DNA of 64,000 nt, taken from positions 216 to 64,215 of the forward strand of contig JBARJU010000095.1 of NCBI GenBank assembly GCA_049800435.1, given 5' to 3'. The notes beneath the pieces are model-generated. The model did no database searches and was not told the DNA's origin. It saw only the letters and a list, made by a program, of their open reading frames with translations. The position numbers were made by a program, and so were the translations under genes. Shown here one piece after another: positions 54,794 through 63,466 of the stretch. Within the stretch, counting starts at the first letter, position 1, and each line of letters opens with the position of its first letter. Origin of the DNA: Solirubrobacteraceae bacterium. GTDB taxonomy: Bacteria > Actinomycetota > Thermoleophilia > Solirubrobacterales > Solirubrobacteraceae.

Positions 54794-55069
54794 GTGTACG
54801 AGCTGTACGGCATACCAACAGACGTGCCCGAGCCCGTCGACCGCGAGGTCTTGCGACTGCTCGTCGATGACTTCGAGCGCCGCCCCTGGACTATCGCGGC
54901 GGTCAGCCGCGCCACAGACCACGAGCACGCGGTCACGCTTGAGGCGCTGATCCGCTTGCGTCGCAACGAACTCATCAAAGCGGCCGACAGCTACATCCTG
55001 GCCTCAAGACCCGCGATCTACTACGCCCGGATCGCCGCGTTCTCAGGCGCACCAACCCACCTGCACTAA
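54794..55069 (+). CDS. Small winged-helix-like protein, paralog 1 of 4 (most divergent)
   Basis: Shares the family core (LRLLVDD..RRPW...LEALIRL...) with the next three genes. Confidence 0.55.
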   Translation: MYELYGIPTDVPEPVDREVLRLLVDDFERRPWTIAAVSRATDHEHAVTLEALIRLRRNELIKAADSYILASRPAIYYARIAAFSGAPTHLH

Positions 55070-55081
55070 CCGGAGCCACCA

Positions 55082-55387
55082 ATGAGCGTCCGCCCGACCC
55101 ACACCGTCAGCGCCGAGGCCGAGCCCATCGACTGGCAGCTTCTGAAACTGATCTTCGAGGCACACGAGACCGGCAGACCGTGGGCCAAGAGAGAGCTTAC
55201 CCGCCGCTTCCTCGATCACCACGCGGCCGAGGACAGTCTCGTGCGCTTGCAATGGAACGGACTGGTCTACGAGATCAGCCACTACGTCATGCCCACCACC
55301 GCCGCCATCTACCTCAACCAACTCGACCAACTGGACCGCGATCCCAGGCAGTTGCGACTGCCACTGATGGACCGCCGCACACGTTGA
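55082..55387 (+). CDS. Small winged-helix-like protein, paralog 2 of 4
   Basis: LKLIFEAHETGRPWAKRELTRR...DSLVRLQWNGLVYEISHYVMPTTAAIYL. Confidence 0.6.
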   Translation: MSVRPTHTVSAEAEPIDWQLLKLIFEAHETGRPWAKRELTRRFLDHHAAEDSLVRLQWNGLVYEISHYVMPTTAAIYLNQLDQLDRDPRQLRLPLMDRRTR

Positions 55388-55405
55388 CTTACCAGGTCGT
55401 AGACC

Positions 55406-55651
55406 ATGCCCGACCGGCCTCACCACCTGCCGCAAGCTCCCGAGCGCGTACAGCGGCTCATCCTGCGGCTCCTGCTTGGAGGCGAGCAGGAGCGGTTCTG
55501 GCCGCTCGAGGTGGTCGTGCATCGAGTTGGCGACCCGATCATCGCCCTGGACGCCCTCGTCGCGCTCTCCGACGCCGGTCTCGTCCACCGTTGGGGGCGC
55601 TACGTCATCCCCACACGAGCGGCCATGCACTTCTTTTGGCTGTTCGGATAG
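55406..55651 (+). CDS. Small winged-helix-like protein, paralog 3 of 4
   Basis: LRLLLGGEQERFWPLEVVVHRV...LDALVALSDAGLVHRWGRYVIPTRAAMHF. Confidence 0.6.
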   Translation: MPDRPHHLPQAPERVQRLILRLLLGGEQERFWPLEVVVHRVGDPIIALDALVALSDAGLVHRWGRYVIPTRAAMHFFWLFG

Positions 55652-55795
55652 CGCAGCGACCACCGCAAACGCTCTGGTAGCCAGCAGCACAGCTTGACCG
55701 CTCAGAGCGCCTTCACCTACCGTCGGGTGAGCCCATAAACCAGAGCGGCCCCGGCACGGGATGGTTCCCCGCGCCGAGGCCCAGACACGAGGAGA

Positions 55796-56062
55796 ATGAT
55801 GCTCCCCATGCCCGATACTGAGCCTACCCTTATGCCCGCCGAGAGCAAGGTCCGCACCGAGTCTACGATTATGAGCCTGCTGCTCGTCCTCGACGACCAG
55901 CGCCCCTGGTCCACCGACGAACTGATCCGTACGGTCGGACGCGAGATCGACACCCTCGACGCAATCGCAGACCTCCATGCAGTCGGACTCGTCCACCGCA
56001 CCACGGACGGTTTCGTGTTCCCAACCCGCGCAGCAACCCACCTGGACGGACTCGACATGTAG
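55796..56062 (+). CDS. Small winged-helix-like protein, paralog 4 of 4
   Basis: MSLLLVLDDQRPWSTDELIRTV...LDAIADLHAVGLVHRTTDGFVFPTRAATHL. Confidence 0.6.
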   Translation: MMLPMPDTEPTLMPAESKVRTESTIMSLLLVLDDQRPWSTDELIRTVGREIDTLDAIADLHAVGLVHRTTDGFVFPTRAATHLDGLDM

Positions 56063-56079
56063 CACACCAACACGGGCGA

Positions 56080-56113
56080 ACCCAAGCGGGCGCATCACCG
56101 CGCCCGCTTGGGT
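56080..56113 (+). terminator. Perfect 14-bp stem hairpin after the paralog array
   Basis: ACCCAAGCGGGCGC (56080..56093), loop ATCACC, GCGCCCGCTTGGGT (56100..56113), 18 nt after the stop. No T-tract (I-shaped type). Confidence 0.7.
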
Positions 56114-56181
56114 CGTCTAGTGGCACTTGTGCGACGTACGTATTGACCTGAGCGAGTCAACCCATAAGTCCTGCTGCACTG

Positions 56182-56187
56182 TATAAT
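56182..56187 (+). promoter_or_regulatory. Consensus TATAAT -10 box, 7 nt upstream of ATG 56195 (leaderless-transcript candidate)
   Basis: Read directly. No good -35 at 17-nt spacing (TTGACC lies 33 nt upstream). Confidence 0.4.
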
Positions 56188-56194
56188 GTGTCTC

Positions 56195-56899
56195 ATGGCA
56201 GTCACCGTTGTTCACGACTCACGCATACATGAAGCCTTCCCCGATCACGCGACCGGCGTCATGAGGATTAGCTCCAGAGAGGGGATTCGACCGTCGCCGG
56301 AAGCTAGTATCAAACTGGCTGGTATCTTCTCAGCCGAGAGTGGGGGCGAGAATGCTCATAGGGGTGCTGAGTACTGGCGAACTGTCTACGACAATCTCGG
56401 CGCCAAGCCAAAGTATCGGCCTTCGCTACAGAATCTTTTGGATCACTACGAGGAGCATGGACGACTCCGAATCCCAGTACCTCTTGTGGAACTTTACTGT
56501 TGGTTCTCACTTGTCCACGGTGTACCGATGGCGGGATATCGAGTTGAGCAGCTTAGCGGTGCGTTGAGGTTGACAATTCCCGGTCCTGGACACCTTTTTA
56601 CGCCACTTGGTCAGCCACGAGGTTCTCAGGAGCGCACTAAGCCAAGGGAGGTTGCATATCTCGATGACGAGAAGGTGATCTGTCGCTATTGGAACTATCG
56701 TGATTGTGACGAGACTAAGCTTATAGATGGAGTGACAGACGCCATATTCATATTTGACCTCGTCAATAACAAAGATCTACCGGGCGTGGCTGATGCCAAC
56801 GATCTCATGACTGCTTTCGCTGATCTAATCAGCAACCCGGAGCGCGTAAACCACACAGTTCTCGATGGCAGCGGTAAGGTACAAGCCGATCTCCCCTAG
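56195..56899 (+). CDS. B3/B4 tRNA-binding-domain protein (PheT B3_4-like, stand-alone)
   Basis: YWRTVYDNLGAKPKYRPSLQNLLDHY...LVELYCWFSLVHGVPMAGYRVEQLSGALRL...PREVAYLDDEKVICRYWNYRDCDETKL matches the stand-alone B3/4 family pattern. ATG 56195 preferred because ATG 56186 lies inside the TATAAT box. Confidence 0.65.
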   Translation: MAVTVVHDSRIHEAFPDHATGVMRISSREGIRPSPEASIKLAGIFSAESGGENAHRGAEYWRTVYDNLGAKPKYRPSLQNLLDHYEEHGRLRIPVPLVELYCWFSLVHGVPMAGYRVEQLSGALRLTIPGPGHLFTPLGQPRGSQERTKPREVAYLDDEKVICRYWNYRDCDETKLIDGVTDAIFIFDLVNNKDLPGVADANDLMTAFADLISNPERVNHTVLDGSGKVQADLP

Positions 56900-56922
56900 A
56901 CAACACCACCAAAATGTCCACC

Positions 56923-58233
56923 TTAGCTCGAAAGCAGAAACGAGGCTAGGGTACCACTGGTGATGACCGAGGCAATGGTGCCATCGATGATGCCAATGTC
57001 GGTAAACTGGACATCAACATCGCGATAAGCAGGCGCAGTTGAAACGTCGCGCAGGCCTTGCCTGATACGATCATTGAGCAGATCACTGTGCTCCCGCCCA
57101 AAGAGTCCACCGATTATAATTTGTTGCGGATTGAGTAGGTTCGTGACGGTGCCTAGTGTGTTACCCAAACGCTTTGCAGCAGCCCGCAAGATTAAGTTCT
57201 CATTACTAGTATGGTCTTCTAGCGCGCTTTTTTGGACGTCGGCAAGCAGGGGCCAAGTCGACTTATCCTTACCGTTAAGGCCGTTCTTTTCTGCAACCAC
57301 TCTGCGGAGCCGGTTAGTTCCCACAATCGCCTCAAGGCAGTCCTGCTTACGGCATCGCGCACATCTCACATCTGGGTCCGGACCCCATAGATAACTCGGT
57401 GGGTTTTCGGTTTCGTCGTCCTTATCAAGGACGCGCACGATCGGAGAATGTCCGAATGCTCCTGCACTACCTCGCACTCCTCGCTGTAGACGTCCTCCGA
57501 GAACTAGTCCCGCACTAAGACCTTGTGACCACTTAACGAATACAAAGTCTCTGATATTCTGCCCGCGCTGTGACCGGCTGTATGCGGTCGCGCAATGGTT
57601 GGAATCCTTGTCCAGCACAAGAGGGCAACCTAGTCCGCGTCGTTCCAGACGTTGCTTGAGCTCCGTGACTACTCGAAGTCCTTCCCACGCGTCGGCTGTC
57701 CTGCCAGGCCGAAACATGCCGCTGTCCGGCTCGATCGCGGCGGTGACCGATACTCCAATGCCGGCAAAACGATCGCGATCAGCAATATTCAGCTGCTCTA
57801 CCTCCCGAGTGATCTCTGCGGCCATCTCGGCGGCGCGATCAAGAGCATGCCACGGGTCTTGATCAACCTGAACTGTTTCGTCGATCTTTTCCCAACGTCG
57901 TTTGTCGGTCGGGTGCTTCAGGACATTCCCAAGCGCATCCCCGATGCCCACCCGGACCTGGTCGCGCCCAAGATCGATACCGAGCAGGAAGGCGGCGTCA
58001 GATCGGAGTCGATACCGATCAACACGGCTTTCATCCTCGACTATGTCAACCAAACTCAGGAGACGTCCCGCGGTCGCTCCAGCTGCTTCTGGCTTCCTCA
58101 GATGCGTGACGAGCGTCGCCGGCGACAGACCCGTACGTTCCTGTAGGTCAGCGCGAGTCAGCCCGGTTGGAGCCGCTATCAGCGCCTGGAGCAGACAGCG
58201 CTCGCTGCTCGTCTCGCCGGTTCGTGGTGGCAT
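56923..58233 (-). CDS. ROK family transcriptional regulator
   Basis: N-terminal wHTH (LTRADLQERTGLSPATLVTHLRKPE), GIDLGRDQVRVGIGD, ROK Cys motif RCARCRKQDCLEA. Confidence 0.8.
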   Translation of the reverse strand: MPPRTGETSSERCLLQALIAAPTGLTRADLQERTGLSPATLVTHLRKPEAAGATAGRLLSLVDIVEDESRVDRYRLRSDAAFLLGIDLGRDQVRVGIGDALGNVLKHPTDKRRWEKIDETVQVDQDPWHALDRAAEMAAEITREVEQLNIADRDRFAGIGVSVTAAIEPDSGMFRPGRTADAWEGLRVVTELKQRLERRGLGCPLVLDKDSNHCATAYSRSQRGQNIRDFVFVKWSQGLSAGLVLGGRLQRGVRGSAGAFGHSPIVRVLDKDDETENPPSYLWGPDPDVRCARCRKQDCLEAIVGTNRLRRVVAEKNGLNGKDKSTWPLLADVQKSALEDHTSNENLILRAAAKRLGNTLGTVTNLLNPQQIIIGGLFGREHSDLLNDRIRQGLRDVSTAPAYRDVDVQFTDIGIIDGTIASVITSGTLASFLLSS

Positions 58234-58267
58234 GGTCTAGCGAGTCTAGACGAAACGCCTTCCCGAT

Positions 58268-58320
58268 GAGCACCGATTCGACGTTTGTTCTAGCACCGAA
58301 TCGCCACCGAATCGGTGCTC
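58268..58320. promoter_or_regulatory. 13-bp perfect inverted repeat GAGCACCGATTCG ... CGAATCGGTGCTC with an internal tandem CACCGAATCG x2; candidate ROK operator
   Basis: Arms at 58268..58280 and 58308..58320, in the 279-bp divergent region between the ROK and desaturase genes. Confidence 0.5.
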
Positions 58321-58512
58321 TAGCAAGCTCTTGTTCAGGAGTGGTTCAGCTGCTAGGATGATCATGCTGCTGCGAGCAATCGAATCGAAAGCGGAGCCCA
58401 GACCTACTTACAGAAGCTATCCAGACCAACAAGCACAGAGGCCCCGGCGCGGTATCGCCGAGGCCTCTCACAACACACGATCTCCACGATCCACCCTTGG
58501 GAGGCAGAACCC

Positions 58513-59622
58513 ATGAAGATCGACTCGGAAACACTATCACGTCGTCGTGACAGTCGTCCCGACACAGACACACACTCCCGTTCTCGGCCGACACCGGCCG
58601 CGCACGGTCACATGCTTGCCCTGGTGCCAGTTCTCAAAGAGCTTGAGCAGCTTACTAAGCTAGATAACTGGCGAAACTATGGATACATAGTCATCGACTG
58701 GCTCAGCATCGCTGGTGCCGTAGCTGCGTCGATCATTACTGGCATCTGGCCTGTGTACATACTCGCACTGGTCGTCATCGGTTCCCGCATGCGGGCGCTC
58801 ATGAATCTCGTGCATCAATGTAGCCACGCACAACTTTTTCTCAACCGCAACACAAATAACTGGATCGGACGATTGTTGGTCGCGTGGCCTCTCGGTATCA
58901 GCATCTCGGCATATCGCACCTCCCACAACGATCATCATAATCTCCTTTGGGATTCCCACGGTGATCCAAAGATTAGTCGTTACAAGCGTCTCGGCCTTTT
59001 CCCAAGCAGCCCGCCGATGAAAGCCTTCATCGCAAGATACATTTTCTTCCCGAGATTCGCCATACATACTCCACGCAACGTAGTCGAGACAATCATCAGC
59101 ACCAGCGAGTCACGCACCGAGCGCTTCGGGCGTGCCGCTTTTTGGCTCGCCGGTCTAATTCTTATAATGTCACTCGGAATGGGCAAATATCTAATACTGT
59201 ATTGGTTGGTGCCTTATGTGACGACGTTCCAGTTTATTCGCTTTTGGTCGGAGACGGCCGAGCACGTAGGCCTAGACGGCTCAAGTCCATGGACAGCCAC
59301 ACGTAATTGGACTAGTAATATCCTGGTTAGATGGGTCTTTGCCCCTCGGAGTGATCACTGGCATCTAACGCACCATCTCTATCCTCGTGTACCGCACTAT
59401 CGACTTTCTGAGGCCCACCGCATTTTGATGCATGTCCCCGATTATGCCGATAATGCTCATATATGTGATGGCCTTTTCTTCCGACGTCGACCAGACGCAG
59501 CGTCCGTCGTACGCGACATCGTTTCCCCGGACGCTCTCGGTGATTACAAGCTAACAGGCATAGCACGCCGGAACCTACAGACAGGACATATAAGAGCAGC
59601 CCGGATTCAAACGCACTCCTAG
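58513..59622 (+). CDS. Membrane fatty-acid desaturase family protein
   Basis: Three His boxes: HQCSH, HNDHH, HLTHH. Multiple TM helices. GGGAGG 8 nt upstream of the ATG. Confidence 0.85.
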   Translation: MKIDSETLSRRRDSRPDTDTHSRSRPTPAAHGHMLALVPVLKELEQLTKLDNWRNYGYIVIDWLSIAGAVAASIITGIWPVYILALVVIGSRMRALMNLVHQCSHAQLFLNRNTNNWIGRLLVAWPLGISISAYRTSHNDHHNLLWDSHGDPKISRYKRLGLFPSSPPMKAFIARYIFFPRFAIHTPRNVVETIISTSESRTERFGRAAFWLAGLILIMSLGMGKYLILYWLVPYVTTFQFIRFWSETAEHVGLDGSSPWTATRNWTSNILVRWVFAPRSDHWHLTHHLYPRVPHYRLSEAHRILMHVPDYADNAHICDGLFFRRRPDAASVVRDIVSPDALGDYKLTGIARRNLQTGHIRAARIQTHS

Positions 59623-59703
59623 TTCTACAATACCGGTTGTGCGACCCATGCTGCATACTGGGGACGCGTAAGCAGATCGCCATGAAATCGTCGAATCAGG
59701 AGG

Positions 59704-60492
59704 TTGATGGTGTCGACAGAACCAATGTCTCGTGAGGATGTCCACGTAGGCCTTACGGTTATGCAGACGGTCTACACGGTTGCGATGGTACTCGGCTTCA
59801 AGAACGCGCTTGAAAAGTCATACAGCCTTTTCATTTCACCGTTCGAAGAGCCGCCTGGCAAGCTGCCTCATCTCGTTCTTTTGCTCGCGTTGGTAGCGAT
59901 AATGCTACTGGGCTTGCGGTTCTTCTGGGTGACCCGCAACCTCTACGAGTTTGTGCTCACGCCCTCAAGCGACATTCGCCGAAGAATGCGCGCGACCACG
60001 CTAGTTCACTTTCCGATCACCCTTGTCCACGCGCTGCTGTTCTTTGCGGTCTGTCAGGCCTACGCCGAAATTGTTACGAGAAATGCTACCGTGTCGTCAG
60101 GCCTCGCCGTCGACCTAGTCGCGCGCTTTGTCTTCATATTCGCCGGCTTGCTGCTCCTAAACGGCGCTTGGTTGCTGGCAACCTTCAAGCCCGCGAAAGG
60201 CAAGCCTGAAAGCATCTGGGGCTACAGCAACGTGCTATTCGCCGCACTGGCGGCCGCCGATGTCTGGCTCGTGCTCGATGTCATCCGAGCACCACTCATC
60301 GCGCTTGCGATTTCCGCGTGCGCGGTGTTCATCGTCAACAGCCTGATCGATCTTTGGCGTGCCGGCGAGTGGTATATACAGTTTCCCCAGGGTACCCGGC
60401 CGATCATCTGTCGCTGGACCGGCGACCCGCTGGCAGGCGACAGCGCCCGGCCGCAGGTCCCATCTGCACCACCTCCGGGCACAATTTCATAG
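59704..60492 (+). CDS. Integral membrane protein (about 6 TM), hypothetical
   Basis: Hydrophobic helices throughout. AGGAGG at 59698..59703, with start ambiguous among TTG 59704, ATG 59707 and GTG 59710. Confidence 0.6.
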   Translation: MMVSTEPMSREDVHVGLTVMQTVYTVAMVLGFKNALEKSYSLFISPFEEPPGKLPHLVLLLALVAIMLLGLRFFWVTRNLYEFVLTPSSDIRRRMRATTLVHFPITLVHALLFFAVCQAYAEIVTRNATVSSGLAVDLVARFVFIFAGLLLLNGAWLLATFKPAKGKPESIWGYSNVLFAALAAADVWLVLDVIRAPLIALAISACAVFIVNSLIDLWRAGEWYIQFPQGTRPIICRWTGDPLAGDSARPQVPSAPPPGTIS

Positions 60493-60545
60493 CCGACGCC
60501 GGTGAGCAAATGATTCGCCGAATGCCGCTTGTGCGACGTGACTAC

Positions 60546-63128
60546 TCAAGCGTTGTATGCACCGCGCGCTGCCTGGAGTGCCGCCCAGTCCCTTTCGAGC
60601 TCGTCGAGTGTCGGTCGAACCGAAAGCGTCTCGAGTGGCTGGGAGTGCCCCTCCATGATGCGACAACACTTTTCAAAGATCGGGTCGATAACCGCAGTCG
60701 CAGCGGCGAGACGATCACCCTTAATCAGGGACAGCTTAGTCATCATCACATTCGCCCGATACCGCTGGGTAACGCCCTTGAGCAGCTCCTCCTCAACGAC
60801 AACCTCACACCAGGTTCGCATTCGGGAGTATCCGGCTTCGATTAGAGCATCCTTTGCGTCGCCCTCCGCAGCCTTCGCCGTAGTGATTAGCTCGTCGATC
60901 TTCTTCGTCGTACTCTTCACCGTATCCCAACGAGGATGTGTTCCCGCGACGATCATGCCCTTGCCATTTTCGTCGGTTACGGAGTAGTACGTGCAGTGAC
61001 TTGGCTCCTTCTCAAAATGGGAGAGCAGCTCCGTTGCGAGCCAGATGCTGTGAGTGAACACGATCACCTGACGCTCCTTGGCAAGCCGTGCGATACGCAG
61101 TGCGACCTCGTGAATACGTCGATAGTCGAGACTATTGACCGGATCATCAAAGATGACCGGGGCGGGAATCAGTCGGAGCGCAGACTCCGCGAGGAAGTCC
61201 GCGATAGCGATGACCTTTTGCTCGCCCTCCGAAAGGACCTGAGACGGTCGATGCTCCGCCGAGATGACCTTGCGCCGCGCGGGCTGACCGCGCCTGCCCG
61301 GAAACTCAAGACGGACCGCCGGAGCTCGCAGCGCTTGGCACTCCTCTACAAAGCGGCGCTCGAAATCAGCGTTGAGAAGCTGCTCGCTAGCTGTCTTGGA
61401 CACTTCCGTCAGAGACCGTAGTAGGGCAGGGAACTTGCGCAGCAACTGCTCCAAACGCTGGACCCACTTAGCATCAGCGACAAACCCTTCGATTTCCTTT
61501 AGACGTTTCTTGAGTTCAATCCGGGCATCAAGCTCGGCGAGCTTCGCTGAATCCTCCTGCAAACGCGCGGCGCGTTCGGTGGAGCGTGTTGTGAGATCAC
61601 CAACGAGAGTCTGCGCGGCCTCCCGGCGAGCTGCCGCCTCCTTCCCGATTCCTTTCGCTACCCCGGCGATCTTTGACCAATCGAGGGCCTCGTCTGTCTC
61701 CCATGCGCTGGCCTGCTCATCAAGCGCAGTGAGCAATGACTCGGCATCGAGCAGTATCTTGTCCTCGGCGTCGTCTTGACGGTGACGCTTGATAGCCGCA
61801 GCAACAGCCGGGCGATCTAGGGCAGTGAGTTCACTCACGAGTTTCTTCGCCTGCGAGCGTGCCTCGTCGATGCGGGCCCTGGTGGCGTCGGTAGCGAAAT
61901 CGTGATAACGCAGTAGAAGCGCCGTGGCGTCAGACCCGAGCGGTTGGCGACAGTACAAGCACGACTCCCCTTGCGTCGGATAGTGCTCGTCTTTTAGATG
62001 CTCACGATAGGTCTCGGCCGCTAGGATGAACTCTTGCCATGCCTCCTCAGATTCATCGCTGATGCCGGCACTAGCAAGGAGGTCCGTGCGAAGCTGTGAG
62101 TATGTATTTGCGGCGGTCTTGGCCGTTGTTATGGCTTGGGCGTGGGCTTTCGCATCGAACCCTACGGCCGCAGCGACGACCTTTGCCAAGTCGTCATATA
62201 GCTGTACACGTGCACGAGCGGCTGTGAGTTGAGCTTGAATGGAGCCTGACTGAAGTGCCGAGACGCTCGTGCGAAGTAGCCCGGCCGCCTGCTCTTGCTC
62301 CTGAGTAACGGTACCAAGTGCCTGCAAGGCTGGGAGGTCAGTGGCGGGGCCAAGCGTCTCGATATGTGCGTAGACGGTGCTGCCGCGTGTGAAATGTGTG
62401 AGGTACGGATTGCTGGCCGGGCGATGTTTGGCGATATCAGCGTCTGCCTTCGCCTTGACGGCGTCTATTCCCTCAGAGACAGCTCGAAAGAGCGCCAGAT
62501 CTCTTGGCGTATACACATAAGCGAGATCCTCATCGACGTGAAACCGAACTGCTGGTGAATCAAAGACGCTCACGTGCGTCATTGGCGGTACTCCGGCCTC
62601 ACCCTTCCATTCAAGGACCTTCTCGTCGGGTCCTACTGAGTAGACCACAGTAGCTTCTTGATCACCGGTTGCCTGAGGCTCGTGGACGTTCGGAAGAATC
62701 TGCTCGGCGGTGCGGACATCGGCCAGCTTCTTGAGAACCCTGGCGTAACCAGTCTTTCCCGTGGCGTTCTCGCCAAAGAGGATCGTCAATCCGGAATTGA
62801 ATGCGATTTGTTGGCCTTCTAATAGCGCGTTGACGCCTCGGACATTCTCAAGCTTGCGGAAGAGGAATTGGCCCGCGACGTCGCCTAGTGGCTCCTGGTA
62901 CTCCAGCTGCGGGACGAGAGGGGCGGCAGCCTCCGCCAACCCCTTTTCAGCCAGAAAGTGATCGTAAATCTCGTCGATGGCCTTGGGGGAGGCTGCCTTG
63001 CCGGTAGCGAGAACCTCAAGAACCAAGCGACGGCTCCAGCCGTCTTGGCCGTTGGCCCAATCGACTAGTAGCTGACGAGCGGTTGGGCTCGTTCCGGCAG
63101 AATCGACCTCGGTCTCGGTATTTGACAT
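60546..63128 (-). CDS. AAA_13-family ABC/SMC-like ATPase with coiled-coil CxxC hook; RloC/PrrC-like
   Basis: Walker A ILFGENATGKTGYARVL, CLYCRQPL in a long helical insert, signature LSEGEQKVIAIADFL, Walker B VIFDDPVNSLD, VIVFTHS. C-terminal R-x3-E...H (RTWCE ... EGHS). Confidence 0.75.
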   Translation of the reverse strand: MSNTETEVDSAGTSPTARQLLVDWANGQDGWSRRLVLEVLATGKAASPKAIDEIYDHFLAEKGLAEAAAPLVPQLEYQEPLGDVAGQFLFRKLENVRGVNALLEGQQIAFNSGLTILFGENATGKTGYARVLKKLADVRTAEQILPNVHEPQATGDQEATVVYSVGPDEKVLEWKGEAGVPPMTHVSVFDSPAVRFHVDEDLAYVYTPRDLALFRAVSEGIDAVKAKADADIAKHRPASNPYLTHFTRGSTVYAHIETLGPATDLPALQALGTVTQEQEQAAGLLRTSVSALQSGSIQAQLTAARARVQLYDDLAKVVAAAVGFDAKAHAQAITTAKTAANTYSQLRTDLLASAGISDESEEAWQEFILAAETYREHLKDEHYPTQGESCLYCRQPLGSDATALLLRYHDFATDATRARIDEARSQAKKLVSELTALDRPAVAAAIKRHRQDDAEDKILLDAESLLTALDEQASAWETDEALDWSKIAGVAKGIGKEAAARREAAQTLVGDLTTRSTERAARLQEDSAKLAELDARIELKKRLKEIEGFVADAKWVQRLEQLLRKFPALLRSLTEVSKTASEQLLNADFERRFVEECQALRAPAVRLEFPGRRGQPARRKVISAEHRPSQVLSEGEQKVIAIADFLAESALRLIPAPVIFDDPVNSLDYRRIHEVALRIARLAKERQVIVFTHSIWLATELLSHFEKEPSHCTYYSVTDENGKGMIVAGTHPRWDTVKSTTKKIDELITTAKAAEGDAKDALIEAGYSRMRTWCEVVVEEELLKGVTQRYRANVMMTKLSLIKGDRLAAATAVIDPIFEKCCRIMEGHSQPLETLSVRPTLDELERDWAALQAARGAYNA

Positions 63129-63397
63129 GGCTCTAGTATCTCCCCGAAATGGGCGCGCGTCCAGATAGCGGAATGAGACGCGAACTCGGGAGACTACACA
63201 GCGGCGTGGGGGTTAGTTGGTCAGCCTCGCCGCTAGGGCCGCTCGCAGCGCCTCAACCCTACTTGCAGGGTTTCGGCTTCGGTCCCGTAAGTCCAACCAG
63301 CGAGACTCAAGCCATGCTGCGGACCGCAGCCGCTGCCCGTCGCCGACGTGCTTGCGCGCCATACTGGCCCATGAGATGCTCTAAACAGGAGGCGTCC

Positions 63398-63466
63398 ATG
63401 ACACTTATGCAACTCGGTGAAAGCTACCGTGCTTGGACAGCCACTGAGGAGTCCACATGGGTCTAA
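63398..63466 (+). CDS. Candidate 22-codon small ORF with strong SD
   Basis: CAGGAGG 7 nt upstream of ATG 63398. MTLMQLGESYRAWTATEESTWV. It overlaps the next ORF start by 10 nt. Confidence 0.25.
   Translation: MTLMQLGESYRAWTATEESTWV

Noticed and set aside
55043-56098. 351-aa minus-strand ORF covering paralogs 2-4 of the small wHTH array.
   Set aside because: No RBS or motif. The plus-strand genes show a repeated conserved core that would not arise by chance, so the antisense ORF is most simply explained by GC-rich codon bias. I cannot fully exclude it without expression data.
63149-63466. 105-aa ORF upstream of the partial right-end gene.
   Set aside because: The N-terminal 80 residues are Arg/Ala/Pro-rich with no RBS. 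Only the last 22 codons, preceded by CAGGAGG, look like a plausible (still uncertain) small ORF.
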